From contig NC_068990.1 of the NCBI RefSeq assembly GCF_001194135.2, positions 32,653,583 to 32,717,582 on the forward strand: a stretch of DNA of 64,000 bases, given 5' to 3'. This document shows positions 12,534-24,849 of the stretch, in pieces (position 1 is the stretch's first letter; every line of letters begins with the position of its first letter). Made by a program: the position numbers and the translations under genes. A model generated the notes under the pieces. That model had not been told where the DNA came from. It did no database searches and was given only the letters and a program-made list of their open reading frames with translations. This DNA comes from Octopus bimaculoides. Lineage: Eukaryota.

Positions 12534-12698
12534 TACGACGGGCTTCTTTCAGTTTTCATCTACCAAATCCACTCACAAGGCTTTGGTCGGCCCGAGGCTA
12601 TAGTAGAAGACACTTGCCCAAGGTGCCATGCAGTGGGACTGAACCTGGAACCATGTGGTTGGTAAGCTAGCTACTTACCACACAGCCACTCCTGCGCC
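12287..12698 (-). mobile_element. SINE family A, full length
   Basis: Reverse complement starts GGCGCAGGAGTGGCTGTGTGGTAAG and has the B-box, central microsatellite and intact tail. Confidence 0.92.
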
Positions 12699-13231
12699 TT
12701 ATGTGTTTTTTTTTTAATAAGTTAGTCAAAAGATTAAGTGCAGGTTCATGCCTTTTGCAAGCCCTTTTAAACTGCTGTCCATCCAACCTGAACATCTGTA
12801 GAACAGTGTGTGTAGAGCTGGAATTGACAGTGTAGTCTGAATGCTTACAACGGAATAAAAACATCAAGGGTCATAGATGCCATAAAGAATCCATGGTAGG
12901 AGGAGTGCAAGTAAATTGAAACAGAATGAAGTCAATGAAAATTAATGTTTGATGATTGTGAGAGAAAACTTTCGAGAGATAACTGTAGAATAATTGTGAT
13001 TTTATGAGATAAATGAATGAAGTTAAAGGTCAAACTTTTTGGACACTAAATTGATTATAAATCATATGGGATCTCTAGCATAGTTAGCTTACTAGAATAT
13101 GATTTTATAAAGTAAAAAACATGTAGCGAAATGATTTGTTATATATATGTATATACAGAGTGTGAAGAAGGTAGAAATAGCGTATAATAATAATAATGGT
13201 AATTCTTGTGTGTATGTATATATTTATCCCA

Positions 13232-13278
<47 letters not shown>

Positions 13279-13320
13279 TTATACATACATACATACATAC
13301 ATATATACTGACATACATAC

Positions 13321-13706
13321 CTATACTTCCTACACAATGATGGTGGCTGTAGTCTCAAATCTGTAGTGATGTCGTATGAAGTGCATATTGTGACATTGAA
13401 AGAAAATCTCCAGTAGAAGAAAAGTGATCTGAAACTATCTTGTCCAAGTTTGTGACCATGAAATCAACAACATAATTAAAACTTGAGGAGAGGCATGAAA
13501 TTTTACCAAAACTCCCTAAGAAGCATTGTTAAAATCTATTTATCAAAAGACCAAAATAAAAAAAAAGTGGACCAGTTCACTGAGAAGAGAGTACATGGGT
13601 ACTTGGCACAAAAATACAAACCATAAAAAGAATTAATCATGTCAAAAGCTTGGCATGGAAAACTGACAAGTTTATGACATCCAACTTCAAAGGCTATGCT
13701 CATGAA
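13321..13706 (+). mobile_element. RLE-type (R4/Dong-like) non-LTR retrotransposon remnant, left part
   Basis: Translations LYFLHNDGGCSLKSVVMSYEVHIVTLKENL (RLYLPRxxGGRGLK..YE), FTEKRVHGY and SLAWKTDKFMTSNFKGYAH match the post-RT region of R4/Dong-like ORFs. Confidence 0.7.
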
Positions 13707-14104
13707 TTATGCTCCAAACTTTGGTATTATAAAGAATTCTAATGCACAAACTAAACAATGCTGTCACCTTCCAAATATACCACTTTTGAAATCATGAGCA
13801 AAATTACTTATTGTAACCAGTTTGATATTCAGAGGTTCTCAATTGTTTAACTGTCAACCTAAAGAAATCAGAAATATAAAAGGGACCTCTACTGAAACAT
13901 TAAAAATCATTGGATAAGCTCTTAATGATAATACCAGGCCAGCTCCCTATGCAAGGATACATTCAGGGAAGATCAGCTGCAACAAATTCAATCCCAGACC
14001 AACTTTCAGCCATAATGTGACAACAAAACTGAAAGAAAATAGATTAAGGTGGTGCTCCAGCACGGCTACAGTCCTGTGACTGAAACCATTAAAAAGTAAA
14101 AGAG
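13707..14104 (+). mobile_element. CR1-clade LINE 3' end, nested inside the R4-like remnant
   Basis: Translation APNFGI...SLIFRGSQLFNCQPKEIRNIKGTSTETLK..LDKLL matches the CR1 ORF2 end (RGPxLFNxLPKxIRN...FKxxLDxxL). It is followed by a 3' tail AAGGTGGTGCTCCAGCACGGCTACAGTC..TGACTGAAAC..AAAAGTAAAAGAG. Confidence 0.7.
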
Positions 14105-14730
14105 TTAGGAGATCCCCACCATCTACCTGCAGCATAAAAGGCAGAAAACATGGAGAGATAACAAATGTAGGCTGTACAAGGCCAAGACTGAAAACAGCAA
14201 CTACATTATTGTCAACTATGAGAGAATGTCTTCCAGATAATGTCTTTCCATGAGACAATGCAGTGGCCAGAACAGTCTGGGACAGGAGTACAAAAGAGAA
14301 AAAAACCTACAGTTGAAGCTGACTATATTGAGATCGATGGGTCAAAAGAATATTGATGGAACCTAAAAATGAAGACAATCACCACATTAAAATACAACCA
14401 ATCAGATATTGGTTGTGTGAGACCACAAGGAAACAATATGTTCAGTACAAATCAGCTGCGCTCTAAGCACCAATGTGGTTAGAAAAATACCAGAGAATGA
14501 GAAAATCTATGGAACATTAACAAGGAACTTGAAAATCCAGTACTCAAGATATACTTTCAGTTTCATACCTATTAGAATTGGAACCACAGGATATGTACCA
14601 AACTGTCAAGAGAAAAGTATGGCTGAACTTGGGTTCTTAGGGGAGAGAATGCAAATCCTTAATCCATACACTGAAAATGATCATGATACTTGGAATTATA
14701 AAAATCTGAAAGATTTTCTGAAGGTTTAAA
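14105..14730 (+). mobile_element. RLE-type (R4/Dong-like) retrotransposon remnant, right part (CCHC finger and restriction-like endonuclease)
   Basis: EIPTIYLQHKRQKTWRDNKCRLYK..., frameshifted R(H)NAVARTVWD, EY*WNLKMKT, degraded PDI and EKIYGTLTRNLKIQYSRYTFSFIPIRIGTTGYVPNC. Confidence 0.75.
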
Positions 14731-14825
14731 GAATAATGAACAAAACAAAATGCTTTCCATAACAACCTTGCTACCAAGCAGGGGGGCAATCAAATTTTAT
14801 TCTAAATTAAAAGAGAACATATATG

Positions 14826-14874
<49 letters not shown>

Positions 14875-14887
14875 ATACATGTGTGTG

Positions 14888-14931
<44 letters not shown>

Positions 14932-15532
14932 TTGTTGAATCAGTCTCTTCCTACTCTGAGTAGAGTTTCAACTTTCTCAGTAAGACTCATTATATTATCA
15001 ATCAATATTTCAAATAAATCATTGAGGATGTAGTATTGGTTGTACAAGTATGAGGGGAATAAATTATGTAAATCACAATAAATTAATTCTATATATTCAT
15101 AAATTCTTTGCCTAAGTCTAAAATAATTTTGTGGCTCTACCAGCCAGAGAAAGCATATATAATTTGAATATATAGAATTAATTCCTATGCTGTGGAGTGT
15201 GTCAAGTATGTTTTCTCAAAGATCTATTGCCAAAATCTACACCATTGAATAATTTATATGAAATATTGATAGAACTATAAAAAGTAAAACTCTGTGCAGT
15301 TCTGACTGCCCCAAACTTAAATAAGACTGAAATAAGTTGTAATTTTGATTTCTCTGAATTGGAGAAACCAGTTTTTCTCTGAGTTCATGTAGACTGTCGG
15401 AAGATCTATAAAAACAGTTGCTAAAACAACAAACACAAACCTCATCCTATCCAGGAAAGATAAGAAGAACACTAATGTAAAACTATTAAAAGAAAAACAA
15501 GACTAACCCAATGGGGAGTCAGTTAAAGCATA

Positions 15533-15658
15533 CTTGAACCTATTTGGTGATAACCATCCAGAGACAGTTCCTGGTTCTATGATACGAATTTCTTGATTTT
15601 AAGCAATCTAAATTAAAACTTTCCATCAAAATTTTGCTTCAATTTATATTTCAAACAC
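15533..15658. mobile_element. partial piggyBac-type MITE (same family as 54575-54780, opposite orientation)
   Basis: CCTGGTTCTATGATACGAATTTC..CTAAATTAAAACTTTCCATCAAAATTT is reverse-complementary to part of 54575-54780. Confidence 0.55.
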
Positions 15659-16135
15659 TAACTCCAGCTGCCCTTCCTAACTCCAGCTGCCCTTCCTAAC
15701 TCCAACTGCCCTTCCAAACTCCAATTATCCTTCCTAACTCCAACTGCCCTTCCTAACTCCAGTTGTCCTTCCTAACTCCAGCTGCCCTTCCTAACTCCAG
15801 TTGTCCTTCCTAACTCCAACTTCGCTTCCTAACTCCAACTTCCCTTTCTAACTCCAGCTACCCTTCCTAACTCCAGCTGCCCTTCCTAACTCCAGCTGCC
15901 CTTCCTAACTCCAGTTGTCCTTCCTAACTCCAACTGCCCTTCCTAACTCCAACTGTCCTTCCTAACCCCAGCTGCCCTTCCTAACTCCAACTGCCCTTCC
16001 TAACTCCAACTGCCCTTCCTAACTCCAATTGCCATTCCTAACTCCAACTTCGCTTCCTAACTCCAGCTGCCCTTCCTAACTCCAGCTGCCCTTCCTAACG
16101 CCAATTGTCCTTCCTAACTCCAACCACCATTCCTA
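15659..16135. repeat. 19-bp minisatellite (TAACTCCAGCTGCCCTTCC), about 25 copies
   Basis: A direct period of 19 is visible throughout, with variant units. Confidence 0.95.
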
Positions 16136-16759
16136 AATAAAACATAAAAGATAATAAATGTCCAAAAGCTGAGTAGATATTAAACCTACATCTGAATTCT
16201 TGATGCATTACTGTGTTCACAGCTAAAATCAATTTTCTAATAGACTTTATAACATAAGCATGTTACCATGACAATGAGTAGAGAACTTGGAGTTTAGTGG
16301 TAAACAGAATCATAGGTCCACAGTTTCCTCTGAGCTCTCATCATTAGTTTTCACATTCACTCTTTGGTATTTGTGCAACTATGACTGTTTAAGAAATGTT
16401 GAAACACATTATTTGCAATATTATTTTGTTTGTCATGATATGAATTTGAGTGTTACGATTTCAACAATCTTGACAATGGAATATGAATGAAATGAAAGAC
16501 ACAACAGAGACTCTTAACATAATGAAACAATGGGTTAAAGATTTATAAATTCATGCATGCATAAAAGCAGCATGGGACCCACACAGCAAGAGTTCCACAA
16601 GCTGTTATTCAGTTATGGCCCTTTACATTTGGGAATCCAAATCCTACAAGGTAAACATAACCTTCTATCCTTCTAAAACAATAAAATCAAGGACCAACCA
16701 AATAAAGTATCATTGTCTATATAACTCCCCGACAGGCCTTGAACTAATGTTAGATATTA

Positions 16760-16780
16760 TTATTGCTGTTGTTATTATTA

Positions 16781-16853
<73 letters not shown>
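16760..16853. repeat. (ATT)n microsatellite
   Basis: Direct observation; it explains the poly-Ile ORF 16615-17172. Confidence 0.95.
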
Positions 16854-17109
16854 CAAATTTTTGTTATGCCTTTGTTACTGGATATATGAGAAGCACACCT
16901 TCCCTATTAGGTATATTTTTTTAAATAATCTGGCACCATATGGATCTTTCGGAGAGAATTTCTCCTTTGATTTTTCAAAGAAATATATATTTTTCATCAG
17001 CATATGTGAGAGTGTGTATTTATGCATTTGTGTGTGTGCGTGTGTGCATGTTTATGTGTGCATGTGTGTGTATACATATATACAGACATATATATACACA
17101 TCTATATAT

Positions 17110-17194
17110 CATCATCATCATCATCATCGTTTAACGTCCGCTTTCCATGCTAGCATGGGTTGGACGATTTGACTGAGGACTGGTGAAACCGGAT
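17110..17194 (-). mobile_element. RTE LINE 3' end, cut by an N gap
   Basis: (CAT)n-CGTTTAACGTCCGCTTTCCATGCTAGCATGGG is the reverse complement of the RTE tail. Confidence 0.88.
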
Positions 17195-17204
17195 NNNNNN
17201 NNNN

Positions 17205-17252
<48 letters not shown>

Positions 17253-18157
17253 ATATTTATAAACTATATTCTATATCATCATATGCAGTCTTGAATATAT
17301 AGTGACAGCTACATTCCCATTTATAACACTCTCTATATGTGTATGTATGAGCCTGTTTGTGTCTGTGTGCATGAACGTGTGTGTGTGTGTATGTGTCTTA
17401 CATGAATGTATGGGAAATTTTTTCTGATATTGGTTTACTTCAGTGGGGGGATAGTTCTTTCAGGAATCCTTTTCCCTTTTTTTTCTTATCACAACCAGGC
17501 TCTCATCTTCTAAGAGGATCATTTTGCTTTTGCCCCCATGTTTTCAATATTGCTCTCTCTATTTGTATTTTACCACCAATATTATTATTAACATTATTAT
17601 GGTTGTGATATTTCAACGCAGTTCCTTGCAAGCTTTTATTGCACCGCCAGGTAAACTTCCATGTTTCTGAGGTACGTGCATCATTATTTATTGGCAATGT
17701 ACATCTATGTGCACAGCACACACTGCATCTGTTTTTGCTTTGTTGTGTTGTTTCTGGAGCTACTTTAGTGAAGTTGATTCAACCATATAACCCAGCTATC
17801 TCTAAAATTCAAGGCCATGTACCAAGAAATGGCTGATATAATGACAGAATCACAGACACAGTGGTGGAGTAGCAGAAACAATGTTGGGATATCAGACACA
17901 ATGGTGGAGTGGTAGGCATTATTGTAGACACAATGGTAAAGGTGGCAGATGTTAGAGAGGAGATTAAAGTGTTGAACTGTGCAAGACCTATACGAAGAAT
18001 GAAATTCTATCTTAAATAGACTGAATTTACTCATGTAAAAATCCATGTGAGGTGTCTGGGAAAGAGATGTAGGAAACTGTCAAGCCCAGCTTCCCTCCTG
18101 AATGCAGCATAACTGACTGAATATAGCAGGCCTTTGAAAAATCGTGGGAATATTGTC

Positions 18158-19206
18158 AGGCATGGATATGTGGTCCTAGGTTCACATGGTCCTAGATTCA
18201 GTCCCACTGCATGGCACCTTAGGCAAGTGTCTTCTACTATAACCTTGGACTGACCAAAGCCTTATGAGCGGATTTGTTATTAAAAAAAACTGTAAAAAGC
18301 CCATTGTATATATGTATACATTAACTTGTTTATATATATATATATATATGTCCTTTGATTAATTTTAATCCTCCGGCTATTTAATGCTATTTTTGGCCTG
18401 CTATCGCCTGTGTCATTGATTCTGTTATCAACATTTTTAAAATAGTTACATTGGATAATAACAGAATTAATGATACCTTCGCAAATTAATTTTTCGATAA
18501 TTATATATATATAAATTTAAATAATAAGGGTGAAAAATTGAATATTAATTTGATTAATATCAATTTTAAACCAGTGGCTTAGCATATTGAAAAATCCAAA
18601 GATTCAGAAAAATTATATTACATACATATAAGAAGGATGACCACTAAGTGGACATCCATTTGCTAGAAGAAGACCACCTATGGTCTGACCACTAAGAAAA
18701 GATTGTTCTCAAGAAAATTCAGCAAATGCCAGAACGTAAGCGAGCAAGACAAATGGAAAGATACAAAATATAAAGATTAATCACAAACCCAATTTCTTTG
18801 TTACTACTTATGTAATTACTTATGTAAATGTGTGCAACTCATCAGTGTGATCGCCATAGCAATATAATTTGCAGAACTATACACGAGATGTCCGTATGAG
18901 ATTGAGAATGTATATAGTTCTACCAATTACATTTGGGGTTATATTTCAAAAGTCTTTGTTTTGGCACGTCTCGTGTATAATTCTGATGAGTTGCAGACAA
19001 TTACATAAGTAATTACATAAGTAGTAACAAAGAAATTGGGTTTGTGATTAATCTTTATATTTTGTATCTTTCCATTTGTCTTGCTCGCTTACGTTCTGGT
19101 GTTTGCTGAATTTTCATGAGAACAATTTTTTCTTAGTGGTCAGACCATAGGTGGTCTTCTTTTAGCATAATGGATATCCACTTAGTGGACATCCCTCTTA
19201 TATATA

Positions 19207-19239
<33 letters not shown>

Positions 19240-19470
19240 TTATGTCTCTTTGTCCCCCCATACCTCTTGACAACTGGTTACAGGTGTGTTTACATCCCTG
19301 TAACTTAGCAGTTCAGCAAAAGAGACTGATAAAATATGTACCAGGCTTTAAAAAATAATAATAATAGGTACTGGGGTTGATTTATTCGACTGAAAATTCT
19401 TTGAGGTGGTGCCCCAGCATGGCCGCAGTCTAATGACTGAAACAAGTAAAAGATAAAAGAAAAGTAAAAA
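18158..19470 (+). mobile_element. SINE family A split by an insertion in its central (TA)n (head 18158-18345, tail 19240-19470)
   Basis: The head (GATTCAGTCCCACTGC..AGGCAAGTGTCTTC) and tail (GGTGCCCCAGCATGGCCGCAGTCTAATGACTGAAACAAGTAAAAG) are colinear on either side of an insert of about 855 bp. Confidence 0.75.
18627..19204. mobile_element. fold-back element with terminal inverted repeats of about 220 bp
   Basis: 18627-18845 is a near-perfect reverse complement of 18983-19204, with long exact runs. Flanked by TA repeats. Confidence 0.9.
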
Positions 19471-19765
19471 AAAAGGGGTGTACACTTACTTTCTATGATC
19501 ACATACCACAGGACATGCAATGGAGGGTTTGGAAGCAGTTTGGACAATTTCTGGTTGCCATGAAGTCCCAACATGAATACTCATATGTTTGTGCTTGGTA
19601 AACAGTGCTAAGTCAGGGATGAAGTAATGGTAGAGTTAAAAGAGATCAGTTAAATGGAAGGGTAGTGAAATAGATGGAGTTGTGAGATAAATATTTTTGA
19701 GTTGTGTCACTTGGTTCTGATCCCACCAGAATCAACTTCGAGTGTAATCCCTTAAGGGTCATACT

Positions 19766-20728
19766 CGACAGAGTGTAAATACTTTGAGAGAAAAGTTGGA
19801 CCTAAGAAGCATCAGTTGTGGTGTGCAAGAGAGATGATTGCGCTGGTATGGTCACTTGGCGAGAATGGATGAAGATAGCTGTATGAAGAAGTGCCACAGC
19901 CTAGCAGTTGAGGGGACCTGTGGAAGAGGTAGACCCAGGAAGACCTGGGATGAGGTGGTGAAGCACACTCTTCGAACATTAGGCCTCACCAAGGCAATGA
20001 CTAGTGACGGAGACTTGTGGAAATATGCTGTGTGTGAGAAGACCCGGTAAGACAAGTGAGACCATATGCCTTGGCCTTTACCAGGGGTGTAGCCAGCCTA
20101 CCTATGCATGCCTTTCCTTCTTTGGACACAAAACCCTGCTTGCGAAGACTTGTTGAGGCAAGTGAAACCGAAATTGAACAAAATTTGATGACAGGCACCC
20201 ATGCCAACCTTCCCTCATTGGACACTAAACTCAGCTTGTGAAGACCTGTTGGGGCAAGTGAGATCGAAACTGAACCAAATTTGATGACTGGTACCCGTGC
20301 CAGTGGAGCGCTAACAGCACCATCCGAGTGGGATCACTGCCAGAGCAGCGGTCTTGCTCCTGTGCCGGTGGCATGTAAAAAGCACAATTTGAGCATGATC
20401 GATTCCAGCTTCGCCTTACTGGCACTTGTGCCGGTGGCATGTGAACAAAACTGTGGACTGACTCCTGTGCAGGTGGGCACATAAAAAACACCATTTGAGC
20501 ATAACTGTTGCCAGTACTACCGGACTGGCCCTCGTGCCAGTGGCACATAACAAGCACCCACTACACTCTCGGAGTGGTTGGCCTTAGGAAGGGCATCCAG
20601 CTGTAGAAACTCTGCCAGATCAGATTGGAGTCTGGTGCAGCCATCCACTTCGCCAGTCCCCAGTCAAATCGTCTAACCCATGCTAGCATGGAAAGCGGAT
20701 GTTAAATGATGATGATGATGATGATGAT
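19766..20728 (+). mobile_element. RTE-clade LINE, 5'-truncated (end of RT ORF plus 3' UTR of about 680 bp)
   Basis: QSVNTLREKLDLRSISCGVQER*LRWYGHLARMDED...GRGRPRKTWDEVV (RTE LRWxGHxxR...GRPxxxW motif), with a (GAT)n terminus. Confidence 0.92.
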
Positions 20729-20949
20729 ATATAAATGTATTGTTTGGGACATTCCGTACACTGGATCTCTAACTGGTTTTCATGGTTTCCAGGCAAAGAA
20801 TTCTTTGCATGGAACCAATGGATATTTTAAGAAAGTGTGTCTTTTGCTGTTGCTTTTGTTCTTCCCACATTATCGATCTTTTTATCTCCTTAGCACATAT
20901 ATACATAGATAATACCCACTCAGTTACATCTACACCCCATAATGTCTTT

Positions 20950-21785
20950 TATTGACTGTGGCCATGCTGAAGCACCGCCTTGGAGAATTTTAGTCAAAGA
21001 AATCAACCCCAGTACTTATATATATATATGTATTCTTTTTTTGGGCTGGTGCTTATTCTATTGGTCTCTTTTGCTGAACTACTAAGTTGTAGGGACATAA
21101 ACACACCAACACCTGTTGTCAAGCAGGGAGGGGGACAAACACATACACACATTGCCCTGGGGCTGGGGGTGAAAATGGAGTATTTCTAATGCAGCACTCA
21201 ACCCAAGCTTTAGGCTGTCCACACTCTTTGATTATAGTCTTAAGATTGAATTTCTTCAGGTGTAGAAAATCCAGGTGTCACAACAGTAAAACCAATGTAT
21301 AGGTTTAGTAAAGAGTAAAATATAATCAAAATAAGAGGACAAAAAAAAAAGAGTTTATTGCATCTTTGGTGACAAGTTGCTGTTGTTTCTGTATCAGTTT
21401 GTGCAAGGGTTCCATGTGAAAATTTACGTAATATTTGCTTGTGTCATGTAAAAAGCACTCAGTCTATTCTGCTGGGTTGTTAGTATTTGGAAGGGCATTC
21501 AGCTGTAAAACCCCTGCCAAAACAGACACAGAAGTCTGGTGCAAGCTCCTACCTGGCCAGCTCCTGTGAAACCATCCAACCCATGCCAGCATGAAGGTGA
21601 ATGTTAAATGATAATGATGATGATAATGAATGATATATATATGACGGACTTCTTTCAGTTTCTAGCAGCCAAATCCACTCACAAGGCTTTGGCTGACCCA
21701 AGGCTATAGTAGAAGACACTTGCCCAAAGTGCCACACAGTGGGACTGAACATGGAAGCAAGTTTCTTACCACATAGCCACATCTG
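20950..21785 (-). mobile_element. SINE family A in two pieces (tail 20950-21150, head 21640-21785) with an intervening reversed RTE tail at about 21540-21630
   Basis: Reverse-complement matches to the SINE A tail and head and to the RTE tail. Confidence 0.65.
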
Positions 21786-23049
21786 TGTCAATTTAAAAAA
21801 AAAAAACTTTCAAAATTACAGTTATTATAACAAATTTTTAATGTAATCTCAATTCTCAATTTTTGGTTTATTTTCGATGAAATTTTTCACAGCTACCCAC
21901 AAACAACTCCAACAGTAAAATGTCCCAACTTGCTGTTTCTTGAGGTCTCTCAAAACTTGGAATAACTTGCATAAAACAAAGGAACAAAACTAAATGCTTA
22001 ATAACAAGGATGAGGATTATGATACATGAGGATGTAGATGCTGCTACTGATGAAGGTGATAATGATAAAAATAGTAGTAGTAGTAGTAGTAGTAGTTGTT
22101 GGTGTAATAGTTATGTCTGGATTCAGGTCATTAATTATGGGTATTTCTTTTTGGAATTTCTAAATGGATAAAAAAAAAAAAAAAAAGACAAAGATAACCT
22201 CAGTAAGATTTGAACTCAAAACACTCAAATAAGATAAAAATTTAAATACGATAAAGATTTTTAGTCGATTTCTTTAATGTCTAAACCATTTCTATCATTC
22301 GATATAATAATAATAATAATAACAACAACAATAATAATAATAATGATGATGATGACGATGATGATAAAGATATAATGATGATGATGATATTAATAAAAAT
22401 AGTAGTGGTAGTGGTGGTGATAGTAGTAGTAATAATAGTAGTAGTTATAATGATGAAAGAAACTTGGAAATATAAACTGGCAGAATTAGAATTTAGATGA
22501 GGTAAAGGGGAAAAAAGCCAACAACTTTAAAATTAAAAAGCAAATTGAAAATAAAGTGAGAATTCTGAGAGAGAGAAAGAGAAAGGGGGGGGGGTATGAA
22601 ACAAGTTGGACTTACGCAAGAGATCAGAAAAGAGCAGGAATTAAACAGACATAAATAAACATGAAATGCGGAATCGGATTAAGAAAGAAAGAAACCAAAA
22701 CAACAACCCCAAAACAAGATGTCAGAAGTAAGTGTTGGATAAATAATGTCAGTTCAGTGAAAAGTAAAGAAATAAGATGTTTAGCAATTGTCTTTGAGAC
22801 TAACTTTAGAGTGACTTACTTTAGCAGAGTTTAACTTCCTTTCTCATATGGTGATTCTAATGTTTATTTGTTTTTGTTGTTGCGAATCATCATGCCTGAA
22901 TGTATTTGTGTGCAGGAGAGAAGTTCAGATGTTCCAGCATGGCTAACTGATTGAGACTACTGGTTGTGGAGGCATGGCTACAGTGGTGAACATCAAAAGA
23001 TCAATCTTCTCTACTAGCATTATATTGTCATATATATATATATATATTA

Positions 23050-23270
23050 AGACAGTGAGATGGCAGAACCATTAGCATGCTGGACAAAATGCTTAGTGGC
23101 ATTTAGTCAGTTTTTACATTCTTAGTTCAAATTCTGCTGCTGTTGACTTTGCCCTTCATTCTTTCAGAAGCTGATAAATAAGTACCAGATAAATACTGCA
23201 GGTTGATATAATCGATTCCCTTCTCCCACCAAATTTTGGGCCTTGTGCCTATAGTAAAAAGGATTATTTT
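23050..23270 (+). mobile_element. SINE family B (Meta-domain-like)
   Basis: TGGCAGAACCATTAGCATG...AGTTCAAATTCTG..GACTTTGCCCTTCATTCTTTC..GATAAATAAGTACCAG, with tail GGCCTTGTGCCTATAGTAAAAAGGATTATT. Confidence 0.8.
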
Positions 23271-23313
23271 GTCATATGATATTATGTTGTTATATATGTG
23301 TGTATGTGTGAGC

Positions 23314-24050
23314 ATGATGAGGATAGCTGTGTGAAAAAGTGCCACAACCTAGCGGTTGACGGAATCTGTGGAAGAGATAGACCCAGGAAGACCTGGGATG
23401 AGGTGGTGAAGCACAACCTTCGAACATTAGGCCTCACCAAAGCAATGACTAGTGACCGAGACCTTTGGAAATATGCTGTGTGTGAGAAGACCCGGGAAGA
23501 CAAGAGGAGACCATAACCCATGGCCTTTACCAGGGGTGTAGCCAGCCCACTTATGCGTAACTTTCCTTCCTTGGACACAAAACCCTGCTTGCAAAGACCT
23601 TTTGAGGCAAGTGAAATCAAAATCGAAATTGAACCAAATTTGATGACTGGCACCCATGCCAACCTTCCCTCATTGGACACTAAACTCAGCTTGTGAAGAC
23701 CTGTTGGGGCAAGTGAGATCAAAACTGAACCAAATTTGATGACTGGCACTCGTGCCAGTGGAGCGCTAACAGCACCATCCAAGTGGGATCACTGCCAGAG
23801 CAGCGGTCTCACTCGCGTGCTGGTGGCACGAAAAGAGCATCATTTGAGCGCGATTGTTTCCAGCTTTGCCTTACTGGTACTTGTGCTGGTGGCACGTAAA
23901 AACATCATTTGAGTGTGGCCGTTGCCAGTACTGCCGGACTGGCCCTCATGCCAGTGGCATGTAAAAAGCACCCACTACACTCTTGGAGTGGTTGGCCTTA
24001 TGAAGGGCATCCAGCTGTAGAAACTCTGCCAGATCAGATTGGAGTCTGGC
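23314..24050 (+). mobile_element. RTE-clade LINE, 5'-truncated second copy (runs into N gap)
   Basis: DEDSCVKKCHNLAVDGICGRDRPRKTWDEVVKHNLRTLGLTKAMTSDRDLWKYAVCEKTR, highly similar to 19853-20640. Confidence 0.92.
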
Positions 24051-24849
24051 NNNNNNNNNNNNNNNNNNNNNNNNNNNNNNNNNNNNNNNNNNNNNNNNNN
24101 NNNNNNNNNNNNNNNNNNNNNNNNNNNNNNNNNNNNNNNNNNNNNNNNNNNNNNNNNNNNNNNNNNNNNNNNNNNNNNNNNNNNNNNNNNNNNNNNNNNN
24201 NNNNNNNNNNNNNNNNNNNNNNNNNGTGTTCATAACTGATGCAGAGTTGGTGACCTGTGTTTTCTGTTTGCCTTGTGTATTGTTTGTTTATTTACTACAT
24301 ATTTCTTTGAATTATATTTATATAGGTATGTCATATTTTCCGTTTGTTGCCTTCTATTTATTTAATCCTGAAAATATTATGTAGTGCATGCACTCCTTAA
24401 TTTTTTACCTATATATATATATATATATATATAGGCTTCTTTCAGTTTCTGTCTACCAAATCCACTCACAAGGTTTTGGTTGGCCAAAGACTATAGTTGA
24501 AAACAATTGCCCAATGTTCCACACAGTGGAACTGAACCCAAAACCATGTGGTTGGGAAGCAACGTTCTTACCACACACCCACACCATATATATGTGCCCC
24601 AGTATATTTACATGTATCTGTCCAAAGTGAGAAATTTTATGTCTTTCCATGGTAAAATACGGTGAATGGCTTTCTTACAGGTTTGAATATGTCTGAAGCA
24701 TACTTTTATACATCACTGTTTACACTGTCATCTCATATTTTGTTTACAGTGAACCACTGAATAGCGCAACCAGTCATTCAGTGATGATGCAAATATCAAA
24801 AGAGGCACCCGTCTCTCGTGTCAGTTCACAGTGCCTCCCTTTCTGCTCT

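Noticed and set aside
15659-16135. Minisatellites considered as CRISPR-like arrays or telomeric repeats (also 45126-46030 and 47950-48330)
   Set aside because: No unique spacers, no cas genes, a eukaryotic context, and no (TTAGGG)n runs.
17503-17800. Minus-strand SETWKF similar to the RTE GSETW motif
   Set aside because: Too degraded to support a call beyond one motif.
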